Shown here one piece after another: positions 1 through 6,776 of a stretch of 9,156 nucleotides of DNA. Source of the DNA: a virus (lineage: Duplodnaviria; Heunggongvirae; Uroviricota; Caudoviricetes); IMG/VR virus record IMGVR_UViG_2579778919_000004, positions 1 through 9,156 of that record, one strand, 5' to 3'. Under the pieces are notes generated by a model, which was given only the letters and a program-made list of their open reading frames with translations, was not told where the DNA came from and made no database searches. A program made the position numbers and the translations under genes. Numbering within the stretch: the stretch's first letter is position 1; each line of letters starts with the position of its first letter.

Positions 1-1
1 C

Positions 2-700
2 TCAGGTGTCTGGATATCGCACCTGCTGGAAAACCTGCCGGAAGAGAAACTGGCATCGGCGCTGAAAGATGACAACCCGAACTGGGAGTATATCGACGGC
101 GAAATCGTCAAGCAGGGATCGCTGGCCCACAGTCAACTTGATATCCCGGAACTCCAGCGCCGGGGGCTGGTCATTCTGGCTTCGGAGAGTAAGGATTTTC
201 GTCTGCTGGCGCATCTGCTGAGAACCCTGCAACACGCCGGTGATCCTCATCTCGCATTGCGCCTGCTGGCGCTGTATGTGGAGCATTACTGGGCGGTGGC
301 TGCGCCGCAGAATATGGCGCATAAAAAACGCTTTGCCAGCCAGGTCATTAAACGCTTTGAAACAGGTATTGAAGTTTTTTCACAGAACGCCGCCACAGCG
401 CAGCGCGATGCGCTGTCAGGGGAACTGGCAAAACTGGCGCAATGCTGGCAGTCACATAACGCCCCGGAACTGGCACAGGCTACTGATGATCTTTTTGCCC
501 TGTACCAGCGTGCGTTTAATCGTGCGGCACCGGCTCCTGTCCCCACTCCGGCGGCCTCCGGTAGTTCACCACAGACCACCGCCACGTCTGAAAGCGGCGT
601 GACGCAACCCAGTGCTCCGGCTCCCCAAATCGTCATCGACAGTCACGACGACAAAGCCTGGCGCGACACGCTGTTAAACATGACGGGCGTTAGGGGTTAA
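2..700 (+). CDS. 3' portion of a host chromosomal gene (5' end lies outside the window); unidentified protein with a Pro/Ala/Ser/Thr-rich linker; possible ImpA_N/TssA-like N-terminal domain; probable prophage integration target
   Basis: Seen in sequence: the frame starting at position 2 is open with no stops to TAA at 698-700; the first in-frame ATG at 257 is probably internal. This stretch is visibly more GC-rich than the phage DNA to its right. The C-terminal part has a low-complexity linker (PAPVPTPAASGSSPQTTATSESGVTQPSAPAP). Motifs SKDFRLLAHLL and LALRLLALYVEHYW are reminiscent of ImpA_N-type domains, recalled from memory and unverified. The stop overlaps the integrase stop on the opposite strand (TTAA at 697-700). 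Confidence 0.55.
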   Translation, partial: SGVWISHLLENLPEEKLASALKDDNPNWEYIDGEIVKQGSLAHSQLDIPELQRRGLVILASESKDFRLLAHLLRTLQHAGDPHLALRLLALYVEHYWAVAAPQNMAHKKRFASQVIKRFETGIEVFSQNAATAQRDALSGELAKLAQCWQSHNAPELAQATDDLFALYQRAFNRAAPAPVPTPAASGSSPQTTATSESGVTQPSAPAPQIVIDSHDDKAWRDTLLNMTGVRG

Positions 701-2010
701 CTTACTGATTTTAATAATCCTCCCGTACTGTTCTCGTGGCTATGGGGCATCAATGGGGCAAAATCTGCCAGCTTCTGATTCAGCATTGCGATCTGCTCTG
801 CGCTGCTGTCAGCCATCCATGCACCGTAAACATTGAACACCATCTGCGCGCTCGCATGCCCCATCTGACTGGCAATAAAACTCGGGTTTGCACCAGCAGA
901 TAATGACCAGCACGCATAGGTATGTCGTGACTGGTACGCCTTTCTGTGTCTGATCCCCGCGCGCTTTAGTGCAGCTTCCCATGAGTCGCCTACTGAATCG
1001 ACCCGGTAGATAAATCCGACCTGCTTACTGCGCCTGACCACATGCGGGTTAAAGACGAATGTACACTCATGGGTCACCGAACGACCGTACTCACGTAACT
1101 GCACTTCAATGTGATATTGCCTGCCCAGCCTTGTCATTTCAGCCTGATTTTTCAGGATACTGATTGCGGGCTGGATAAGATGCACCACTCGATCTGTGCT
1201 TGCCTCGGTTTTCGGTAGAGTGAACTCACCAAGTTTCGTATAATTACGCCTGACGGTAATTGTTCCCGCCTTCAGGTCGATATCTTCCCAGGCCAGGGAA
1301 ACCAGTTCCCCGTGACGCATTCCTGTGTACACTGCTAATGACCACAGGTTTTTCGTCTGCTGATGCCGGCATGCATCTATCAGGCGAATAAATTCATCAC
1401 GAGACAGAGGATCTGGTTCTGCCCTGGCTTTTTTCAGAGGCTTAATTCCCTCGAATGGATTCACCTCTAAGTAACCGTGATCCGCAGCAAACTGAAACAT
1501 TCCGGCCATTGTCGTCATGTAATAGTTCACAGTAACAACGCTTCGCCCTTTTGTCGGGGATTTGTTTTTCGTCGGATTCTGGTAACCAGTTAGCAAATCT
1601 TTCCTGAGATACAGCAATTCCTCTTTGGTTACTGCTGACGCCAGGCGATTACCTCCGATCCTCGGAACCATATTCCTTGCGACAGACTCATAGCGATTGA
1701 ATGCGTTCGCGCAGATTTCCATCCGTTTCAGATCCAGCCATTTTTCTTCAAGTTCTTTCACTGTAATGTCTTTTTTACTTACACCAAAAGCCTTGAGATT
1801 AGGGGAGTCAGGAAACTGGGTTGCATAATCAAAGGTTCCTGTGCGGATGGCAAAACATACTGATATCCGCAGTTCCCCGGCTATCTTCCTGTTCTTAGCG
1901 GTGTCAGGGACACCGAGACTTTCCCTGACACGCTTACCTTTAAAATTAAACCAGATGCGTAATGTGCCACCGTGGTTTTCGACGCCTGTTGGATATGTGA
2001 CTTTATCCAT
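697..2010 (-). CDS. int: Phage tyrosine integrase (site-specific recombinase), 437 aa
   Basis: ATG at 2008-2010 preceded by a GGAGG Shine-Dalgarno 5 nt upstream. The C-terminal catalytic region has tyrosine-recombinase hallmarks: YTGMRHGEL (Arg box), SRHTYACW, QMGHAS and NVYGAWM (candidate nucleophilic Tyr). The N-terminal region (RIWFNFKGKRVRESLG ... GTFDYATQFP) resembles Rac/lambdoid integrases. Position at the prophage end next to xis. Confidence 0.95.
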   Translation of the reverse strand: MDKVTYPTGVENHGGTLRIWFNFKGKRVRESLGVPDTAKNRKIAGELRISVCFAIRTGTFDYATQFPDSPNLKAFGVSKKDITVKELEEKWLDLKRMEICANAFNRYESVARNMVPRIGGNRLASAVTKEELLYLRKDLLTGYQNPTKNKSPTKGRSVVTVNYYMTTMAGMFQFAADHGYLEVNPFEGIKPLKKARAEPDPLSRDEFIRLIDACRHQQTKNLWSLAVYTGMRHGELVSLAWEDIDLKAGTITVRRNYTKLGEFTLPKTEASTDRVVHLIQPAISILKNQAEMTRLGRQYHIEVQLREYGRSVTHECTFVFNPHVVRRSKQVGFIYRVDSVGDSWEAALKRAGIRHRKAYQSRHTYACWSLSAGANPSFIASQMGHASAQMVFNVYGAWMADSSAEQIAMLNQKLADFAPLMPHSHENSTGGLLKSVS

Positions 2011-2065
2011 TGATACCTCCAGACGCCCAAGAGCGATATGAGCTTACCTTTTTCATGGCATCAAA

Positions 2066-2302
2066 TCACCCTGGCTGTTTGTTTTTCATTGAAGCCACCC
2101 AGGCATCGACCGCTTTACGGTTATACATGCATTCACTTGATGGCTTCGGGTTACCATCTGGTGAAACGTGGATATATTCCCGGCCAATCATCCAGCACTC
2201 TTTTCTGGCCCGGAGGATGGTACCGGGCTTGAGCCCGGTCACCGCGATCAGAACACTTTCACAAACCCAATCGTTAGGAGCTAACTGAATAACATTGCTC
2301 AT
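2066..2302 (-). CDS. xis: Excisionase (Xis-type DNA-binding protein), 78 aa
   Basis: Small ORF immediately upstream of int on the same strand; ATG at 2300-2302. The segment GTILRARKECWMIGREYIHV resembles the winged-helix core of lambdoid excisionases (lambda Xis has a comparable RECRIF...DGREY pattern). Confidence 0.8.
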   Translation of the reverse strand: MSNVIQLAPNDWVCESVLIAVTGLKPGTILRARKECWMIGREYIHVSPDGNPKPSSECMYNRKAVDAWVASMKNKQPG

Positions 2303-2311
2303 ATACCCGCC

Positions 2312-2461
2312 TCACACCACGTCAAGGCCACGGCAGTGGCACCACGTTTCGAACATTCGTTTAACCACTTCCCGGCAGTAGAACCCTTCCTGATCCCTAG
2401 AGAGGTCGTAGCGGTTGCTGTAACGCTGGCGCACCCATATTTCAAATGCCTTGTGCATCAT
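2312..2461 (-). CDS. Small hypothetical protein (49 aa), translated by hand; absent from the ORF track, probably because it is short
   Basis: Manual translation of the minus strand gives MMHKAFEIWVRQRYSNRYDLSRDQEGFYCREVVKRMFETWCHCRGLDVV. The ATG at 2459-2461 overlaps the stop of the upstream gene and follows GGAGGTGAA. It fills an otherwise unexplained 155-nt gap in a tightly packed operon. Confidence 0.4.
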   Translation of the reverse strand: MMHKAFEIWVRQRYSNRYDLSRDQEGFYCREVVKRMFETWCHCRGLDVV

Positions 2462-2769
2462 TTCACCTCCGCAGATAACGTCGTCACAATTACATGCTGG
2501 CGCGCCTTGGGCTTTATCAGAAAAATAGCCTTGTCATACCTGAGTCCGTATCCACCTTCACGTTCGCAGCGTGCGACTGAGGCGCACAAAGAGCGGGGAA
2601 TACCTTTCTTGCTGACATCAAATACCCAGGCGTTTTTGAGATCGAGGATCAGATTTCCTACATCGCCACCAATGCGTTCGATATAGCGTTCAATAGCGTG
2701 AACAGTCACCATGTAGTGGCGAAACTGCACACTTCCTGAGGCGGTCATTATTGGTGTAGTGGTGGTCAT
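2458..2769 (-). CDS. Hypothetical phage protein (103 aa from the ATG at 2767-2769)
   Basis: The track ORF 2458..2805 begins further upstream, but GGAGGTGAAGTG-ATG places the likely start at 2769, overlapping the stop of the upstream gene (ATGA). No recognisable domain. Confidence 0.7.
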   Translation of the reverse strand: MTTTTPIMTASGSVQFRHYMVTVHAIERYIERIGGDVGNLILDLKNAWVFDVSKKGIPRSLCASVARCEREGGYGLRYDKAIFLIKPKARQHVIVTTLSAEVK

Positions 2770-3260
2770 CACTTCACCTCCACGCCGATCCCGGCAATGA
2801 CACAAGCTCGTTCTATAGCTTCTTTCGCCCAGCGCTTATAGGTTTCCGGATGGAAAGCCTCGCTTTTGCCTGTACCGCTCCAGAATGCTTTTGAACCAGT
2901 ATCTGGCAGGGTGATGGTCAATTGCTTACCATTGGTAACATCGTTAATCAGCCCTGACTTAATATTCAGTTGCAATTCTTTGTCTATCAGTGCTTCTTCC
3001 AGTTCGGCAACATGGCATTCAGAATCAATCAGGTTGCTTTCCACAGAAGACAGGGCTTGTTTTAGTCGCTCGATCTCCGCCGCCATGTAGTAACCGGTTT
3101 TGCTCCAGGTATCCACATCATCACCGGTCATATCCGGTTCCATCGTCGCCATGAGAATGGCGTCGTGATAGTCCTGGCTGCCACTGGTAATCGCAACAGC
3201 GTAGGTGTCACTGTTTTCGCGCTTATGGATAAGCACGACAGGGTTAGTGATTTTGCTCAT
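2769..3260 (-). CDS. Hypothetical phage protein, 163 aa, with a predicted central coiled-coil-like segment
   Basis: ORF with ATG at 3258-3260 overlapping the upstream stop (ATGA). The central region (AAEIERLKQALSSVESNLIDSECHVAELEEALIDKELQL) has a heptad-like character. No recognised family. Confidence 0.72.
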   Translation of the reverse strand: MSKITNPVVLIHKRENSDTYAVAITSGSQDYHDAILMATMEPDMTGDDVDTWSKTGYYMAAEIERLKQALSSVESNLIDSECHVAELEEALIDKELQLNIKSGLINDVTNGKQLTITLPDTGSKAFWSGTGKSEAFHPETYKRWAKEAIERACVIAGIGVEVK

Positions 3261-3481
3261 CGTGCCGCCTCTCGCTGGATTGTCTTGTGGGCTCGCAACA
3301 TATCGCGGGATTTTCCGGACAAAACCGTCTTCATGAAGAACATTCCACTGCGGTTTGCAACTATTCCTGGAGTGCAGATCAGCGTGGCGTCTACCACCCG
3401 GTTATGTTTACGGAATTCAAACACCGTGCTGGTGATAACGATGTTCGCCACGGCGCCGTAGTCCTGGTATTGGATTTTCAT
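3257..3481 (-). CDS. Hypothetical small phage protein, 74 aa
   Basis: ATG at 3479-3481 preceded by GAGGAG with an 8-nt spacer; overlaps the stop of the upstream clamp-like gene (ATGA). Confidence 0.7.
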   Translation of the reverse strand: MKIQYQDYGAVANIVITSTVFEFRKHNRVVDATLICTPGIVANRSGMFFMKTVLSGKSRDMLRAHKTIQREAAR

Positions 3482-4044
3482 GCCAGATGCTCCTCAACAA
3501 TTTTGAAAGCATCATCACGGCATGGCATCACGACGAACTCAGGGTTACCGTATGTAGTGTTGATCACTGGATCGAACTGAATGCGTACCGCTCCAGCCTC
3601 ACCGGAAGGGCGTAACTGGATGGGAATAAACTTTCGCTCGCGACCAAACATCTTTTCCGGATAGCTGAGGTATTCAGCCTGGATAACCGGATTGATACTG
3701 AAATCCACTTTTTTCGGGATGACGCGTTCCATATCAGGAAAACGACCATCAACAAGTTTGATGCCAGTGATCAAGATCCGACGCTCGAACGTGTCGCGGT
3801 GAATGGCAAAGGCTTCTTTGTTGAATACCAGTTCAGTGGTTTCCGCTTTCGCCGGAACCGGTCCTTCAAACTGGACGATGATGTTTTTCTTCGTCCGGAT
3901 GCCGTGCTCCATGCGCAGTGCTACATGCCCGTTAGTTGACTCGATATATTTCGGAGTGATGTGCACACCATTCAGGTAGTAACGGACATCATTTTTTGCA
4001 GCGCATACCAGAGCTGCGCGAATGAGTTTCGACTGGATGATCAT
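3478..4044 (-). CDS. Truncated DNA polymerase III beta sliding clamp (DnaN)-like protein, 188 aa, corresponding to clamp domain II plus an abbreviated domain III
   Basis: Three colinear motifs match E. coli DnaN as I recall it: DVRYYLNG (DnaN domain II, with flanking K-LI-A and T-GH-LA context), KLVDGRFPD..RV.PK (DnaN TSKLVDGRFPDYRRVLPK) and the C-terminal VVMP.R (DnaN ends AAYVVMPMRL). The ORF is about half the length of DnaN (366 aa) and lacks domain I. Strong tandem SD (GGAGGTGGAGG) before the ATG at 4042-4044. Confidence 0.7.
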   Translation of the reverse strand: MIIQSKLIRAALVCAAKNDVRYYLNGVHITPKYIESTNGHVALRMEHGIRTKKNIIVQFEGPVPAKAETTELVFNKEAFAIHRDTFERRILITGIKLVDGRFPDMERVIPKKVDFSINPVIQAEYLSYPEKMFGRERKFIPIQLRPSGEAGAVRIQFDPVINTTYGNPEFVVMPCRDDAFKIVEEHLA

Positions 4045-4871
4045 GCCTCCACCTCCACGAAGATCTCTTTCGGATCCTTACGCAGAACGAAGCCACCAAA
4101 TTCAGGATGTTGCCAGCGCTTGCGTTTACCGCTTGGGGGAACGGATTCTTCCAGCAGCACCTGAAATGCGTGAATGAACGATTCACGGTGTACGCACAGC
4201 CCACGAACTCCCGGCAACTGTCTGGAGGGCAGGTTTGCGAACTGAACAAGACGACGGCACGAAGGATCGGACAGACTGGTTTCCCATGACACTTTGTGTA
4301 CCGGAACGAATTCGGCATCGGTATTCACGAATTCAGTCGAACTAATGCGCCGTTGTGGTAGAGAGGAAGATACAGGCGAAGCAGCAACCAGGTTGGTGCC
4401 ACTCACTTCCATTACTGCTTTCATCGTCGCTGATGCGGTTGCTTCGGCCACAACACGGGCCAGCGAAAGAATGTCATGGTTCATGCTGATTTCCTGCTGG
4501 TGTGATTTAGCTACTGGCACTTCTTTGCTGTATGTGCCTGTGGTCATGATGGCAGGGAGTACATCTTCACAAACCCAGTCCTGTACGCGTTCAGCCGATG
4601 GAAGCTGGCTTCGCAGGATAAGGCGGAACAAGTCGGCCTGACCAGCAAGCTGAGTACCGCGCGGTTTTTCACCAAACCCCAATTCTAACGATTCGTTATA
4701 ATCAAGTTTAATCAATGCCTTGCAGTGGTCTTTCAGCGCTTTTGCTGGGTTCGTATAACCGAGGGATTTAGCCAGTTCTACAGCGTCAAACGCTGGCTTT
4801 CCCTCATAAAGAATTCCGCTCATAGAAAAATTGAGTTCTTCTGAGCTAAAGGTCATAAGTTGTTTATTCAT
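4041..4871 (-). CDS. BRO-N domain protein (phage antirepressor-like N-terminal domain) with an uncharacterised C-terminal half, 276 aa
   Basis: The N-terminal ~120 aa shows a BRO-N pattern: FSSEELNFSMSGILYEGKPAFDAVELAKSLGYTNP ... DLFRLILRSQLPSAERVQDWVCEDVLPAIMTTGTY. ATG at 4869-4871 preceded by GAGGGAAATAACG. The C-terminal ~150 aa has no recognisable motifs. Confidence 0.82.
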   Translation of the reverse strand: MNKQLMTFSSEELNFSMSGILYEGKPAFDAVELAKSLGYTNPAKALKDHCKALIKLDYNESLELGFGEKPRGTQLAGQADLFRLILRSQLPSAERVQDWVCEDVLPAIMTTGTYSKEVPVAKSHQQEISMNHDILSLARVVAEATASATMKAVMEVSGTNLVAASPVSSSLPQRRISSTEFVNTDAEFVPVHKVSWETSLSDPSCRRLVQFANLPSRQLPGVRGLCVHRESFIHAFQVLLEESVPPSGKRKRWQHPEFGGFVLRKDPKEIFVEVEA

Positions 4872-4882
4872 CGTTATTTCCC

Positions 4883-5461
4883 TCAGTGCATAACTGGCAT
4901 TTCTGGCATGCCGTTGGCGTTAATCTCTCCGATGTAGTCATCGTGAAGCATCTCAAGTCCTTTTCGCCCAAAGGGTGACATCCTGAATCCGCACCCCGGA
5001 TCCGCAATCACCATGTCCTGATACATGCGAAGGGCTAGGGCTGAACCCTCGCAAACGCCATATTTCTCTATGGCGATGCTTTCCACATGGTTAGCGAGAG
5101 AAAAACGCAGTGGACCGGGGTAGATACTCAAATTTCCTTTCTTACCCGAATAAATAACTGCGATATCAACGCCGCCGTCACCGTTAGGAACCTCAACCAT
5201 GCCGTTCTTATCCTTCTCTTCGTTGATGAATACTGTTGCTACCAGCCAGCGCCACAGAATGAGTTCTTTCTCTGCGCCTAAAGAAACCAAACCAGCTGCC
5301 ACGGCATCCATAATGCAGGCCAACCAACGCAGCCCCTCTGAGTTGCGGGAGTCAAAGCGCGAACCATCGAATTGTTTAACCGCGCCAGACCAGCCAATAA
5401 CGCGAGTTCCGATCTTGATGCCGTTTGGCGTAGTTTCTGGCGCGTCGTAATTGCTGCTCAT
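4883..5461 (-). CDS. Hypothetical phage protein, 192 aa
   Basis: ATG at 5459-5461 preceded by GGAGGG with a 6-nt spacer; overlaps the upstream stop (ATGA). No recognised domain. Confidence 0.78.
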   Translation of the reverse strand: MSSNYDAPETTPNGIKIGTRVIGWSGAVKQFDGSRFDSRNSEGLRWLACIMDAVAAGLVSLGAEKELILWRWLVATVFINEEKDKNGMVEVPNGDGGVDIAVIYSGKKGNLSIYPGPLRFSLANHVESIAIEKYGVCEGSALALRMYQDMVIADPGCGFRMSPFGRKGLEMLHDDYIGEINANGMPEMPVMH

Positions 5462-5880
5462 CGAATACCCTCCGGTTTACTGGCCTGTAGTTCGTCAACC
5501 TCTTTAACGAAGCGGTCGTGCATGGCGTCCCACTTCTCACACCATTTCGTCATGTCACGCTTAATGGCCAGAATGCGGCGAAGACGTCGAACACAGCGCT
5601 GGTGGGCTCCGATGTACTCAACTGTTGTGCCTCCTCGCTGCCAACAATTCAGCTCTGGATTGAGTGGGTGGACTGCCTGCACATCCGGGTGCCGCTGCTC
5701 GAAGCCGGAGCGATAAAACGCTTCTGAAGTCATAAAGAACGCCAGATAGCGGATCGCCGTATCTCGCGTGAAGCATTTTTTGATACGACCGTGGCGTACT
5801 GCCACGAACAGTGGGCCAACTGGCGTATCGTGTTTCTGTAATGCAAGGTCAATCATGCTTACGGTGCGTTTATCGTTCAT
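5458..5880 (-). CDS. Hypothetical phage protein, 140 aa, with four Cys and a basic stretch (possible metal- or nucleic-acid-binding)
   Basis: ATG at 5878-5880 overlapping the upstream stop (ATGA). Cys at KKCF, NCWQ, HQRCV and KWCEKW; arginine-rich RCVRRLRRILAIKR. No recognised family. Confidence 0.72.
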   Translation of the reverse strand: MNDKRTVSMIDLALQKHDTPVGPLFVAVRHGRIKKCFTRDTAIRYLAFFMTSEAFYRSGFEQRHPDVQAVHPLNPELNCWQRGGTTVEYIGAHQRCVRRLRRILAIKRDMTKWCEKWDAMHDRFVKEVDELQASKPEGIR

Positions 5881-6098
5881 TTCCGATCCTTAACTTTGCT
5901 GTATCGCTCGTGACTCATTACTTCCCAGTTCTTTCCGCCATCGCGGGAGAGTAGCCGCCAGCGGTGATTAACCTTGAGGCTCAAATTACCGGAGCCGTGC
6001 ATACGGCAGGGGTGAATGCGCCTTGCTCTGAACTGGCTTAAAACGTGTGCTGCTTTGAGGTGAACCCACTCAGGAATTCGAATTGCTGTCAGTGCCAC
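5877..6098 (-). CDS. Hypothetical small phage protein, 73 aa, with a probable GTG start
   Basis: The first codon of the track ORF is GTG, not ATG, and is preceded by AGGAG with a ~7-nt spacer. The 5' end overlaps the 3' end of the upstream gene by 29 nt. An internal start is an alternative. Confidence 0.55.
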   Translation of the reverse strand: MALTAIRIPEWVHLKAAHVLSQFRARRIHPCRMHGSGNLSLKVNHRWRLLSRDGGKNWEVMSHERYSKVKDRK

Positions 6099-6321
6099 CA
6101 GTTAGCTCCTGTATACGTAACCCGGCTTCGCGAGCCATTTTGATAAAAGTGTCCAGTGCGCAAATATGTTCGTCGTCGAGCAGCCGGCGGTCGCATGTCA
6201 CACGCCCTTTTTCTATGTAAAGAACCACGCGTCCGGTGAAATCCGGAAGCACATGCAGATCCACGTTGAGGACTGGGGGGGGGATCTGCATTCCGTGCAT
6301 AATTGTTTGTTGTGAGGCCAT
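6070..6321 (-). CDS. Hypothetical small phage protein, 83 aa; contains a C9 homopolymer in its coding sequence
   Basis: ATG at 6319-6321 preceded by GGAGGAATTAACTG. The codons for IPPP (ATC CCC CCC CCA) form a 9-nt C run, seen as G9 on the + strand at ~6275-6283. Confidence 0.65.
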   Translation of the reverse strand: MASQQTIMHGMQIPPPVLNVDLHVLPDFTGRVVLYIEKGRVTCDRRLLDDEHICALDTFIKMAREAGLRIQELTGGTDSNSNS

Positions 6322-6683
6322 CAGTTAATTCCTCCACATACGTATTTCTCTTTCGCGTGTTTAATTAACTCCGCAAAAATCTCGTCAACAATCATCTTTC
6401 CGGTTTCGGTCAGATATTCGGTGTGTCCATTGATATCGACGCTTTTCATATACGTCTGGCGAAGAAATGTTTCCGCTTCTGTGTTGAATTCAGTCCGATC
6501 CTGTTTTTCGAAGCGCAGCAAAAGTTTCAGTATTGATTCTTCGTTAATCTCGATAACCTGAATATTGTCATCGGGCATATTTACGGAGAGACAATAACCT
6601 CCTGTCTTGCGCTTCATTCGGTTTAATGTCGCAATAGCAATGCGGCGGCGATAAATTTCAATGGTGTTGTTTTTCATTGTCAC
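6321..6683 (-). CDS. Hypothetical phage protein, 120 aa; first gene of the tightly coupled block
   Basis: ORF with ATG at 6681-6683 (a second ATG lies two codons in); moderate SD-like GGGCGG upstream. Its stop overlaps the start of the next gene (TGATG). No recognised domain. Confidence 0.68.
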   Translation of the reverse strand: MTMKNNTIEIYRRRIAIATLNRMKRKTGGYCLSVNMPDDNIQVIEINEESILKLLLRFEKQDRTEFNTEAETFLRQTYMKSVDINGHTEYLTETGKMIVDEIFAELIKHAKEKYVCGGIN

Positions 6684-6776
6684 TACCGCCCGTAAGCCTT
6701 GCGCAGAAAAAGGTTTGCAATATGCAGATAACTATTTCCATAAGAGGCGAAAAGTTTTGCTGTCTTGTGTGCTGCT

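Noticed and set aside
2-322. Track ORF 2..322 on the minus strand (106 aa)
   Set aside because: Antisense to the host gene; Arg/Gln-rich composition; no start context, since it runs off the window edge.
240-636. Track ORFs 240..602 (+) and 286..636 (-) inside the host gene
   Set aside because: They are alternative-frame or antisense shadows of the long open frame 2..700, which is the only one continuous from the window edge and has a coherent protein-like sequence. Both shadows are Arg-rich or low-complexity in the way typical of out-of-frame translation of GC-rich DNA.
1841-2288. Plus-strand ORFs 1841..2041, 2010..2288 and 2038..2232
   Set aside because: Antisense to int and xis, with no RBS and non-protein-like composition.
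2336-4641. Plus-strand ORFs 2336..2686, 2866..3090, 3165..3461, 3287..3580, 3961..4164, 4107..4289 and 4294..4641, and minus-strand ORFs 3564..3755 and 3989..4318
   Set aside because: All lie inside and out of frame with, or antisense to, well-supported minus-strand genes that have RBSs and coupled junctions. None has a convincing start context.
5087-5727. Plus-strand ORFs 5087..5281, 5199..5450, 5372..5716 and 5518..5727
   Set aside because: Antisense shadows of the 192-aa and 140-aa minus-strand genes; Ser/Arg-rich compositions typical of non-coding frames.
6089-6337. Minus-strand ORF 6089..6337 (82 aa, Arg/Pro-rich)
   Set aside because: Overlaps the RBS-supported 6070..6321 gene in another frame, has no SD, and is low-complexity. 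It is retained only as the frame that a slip at the C9 tract would enter.
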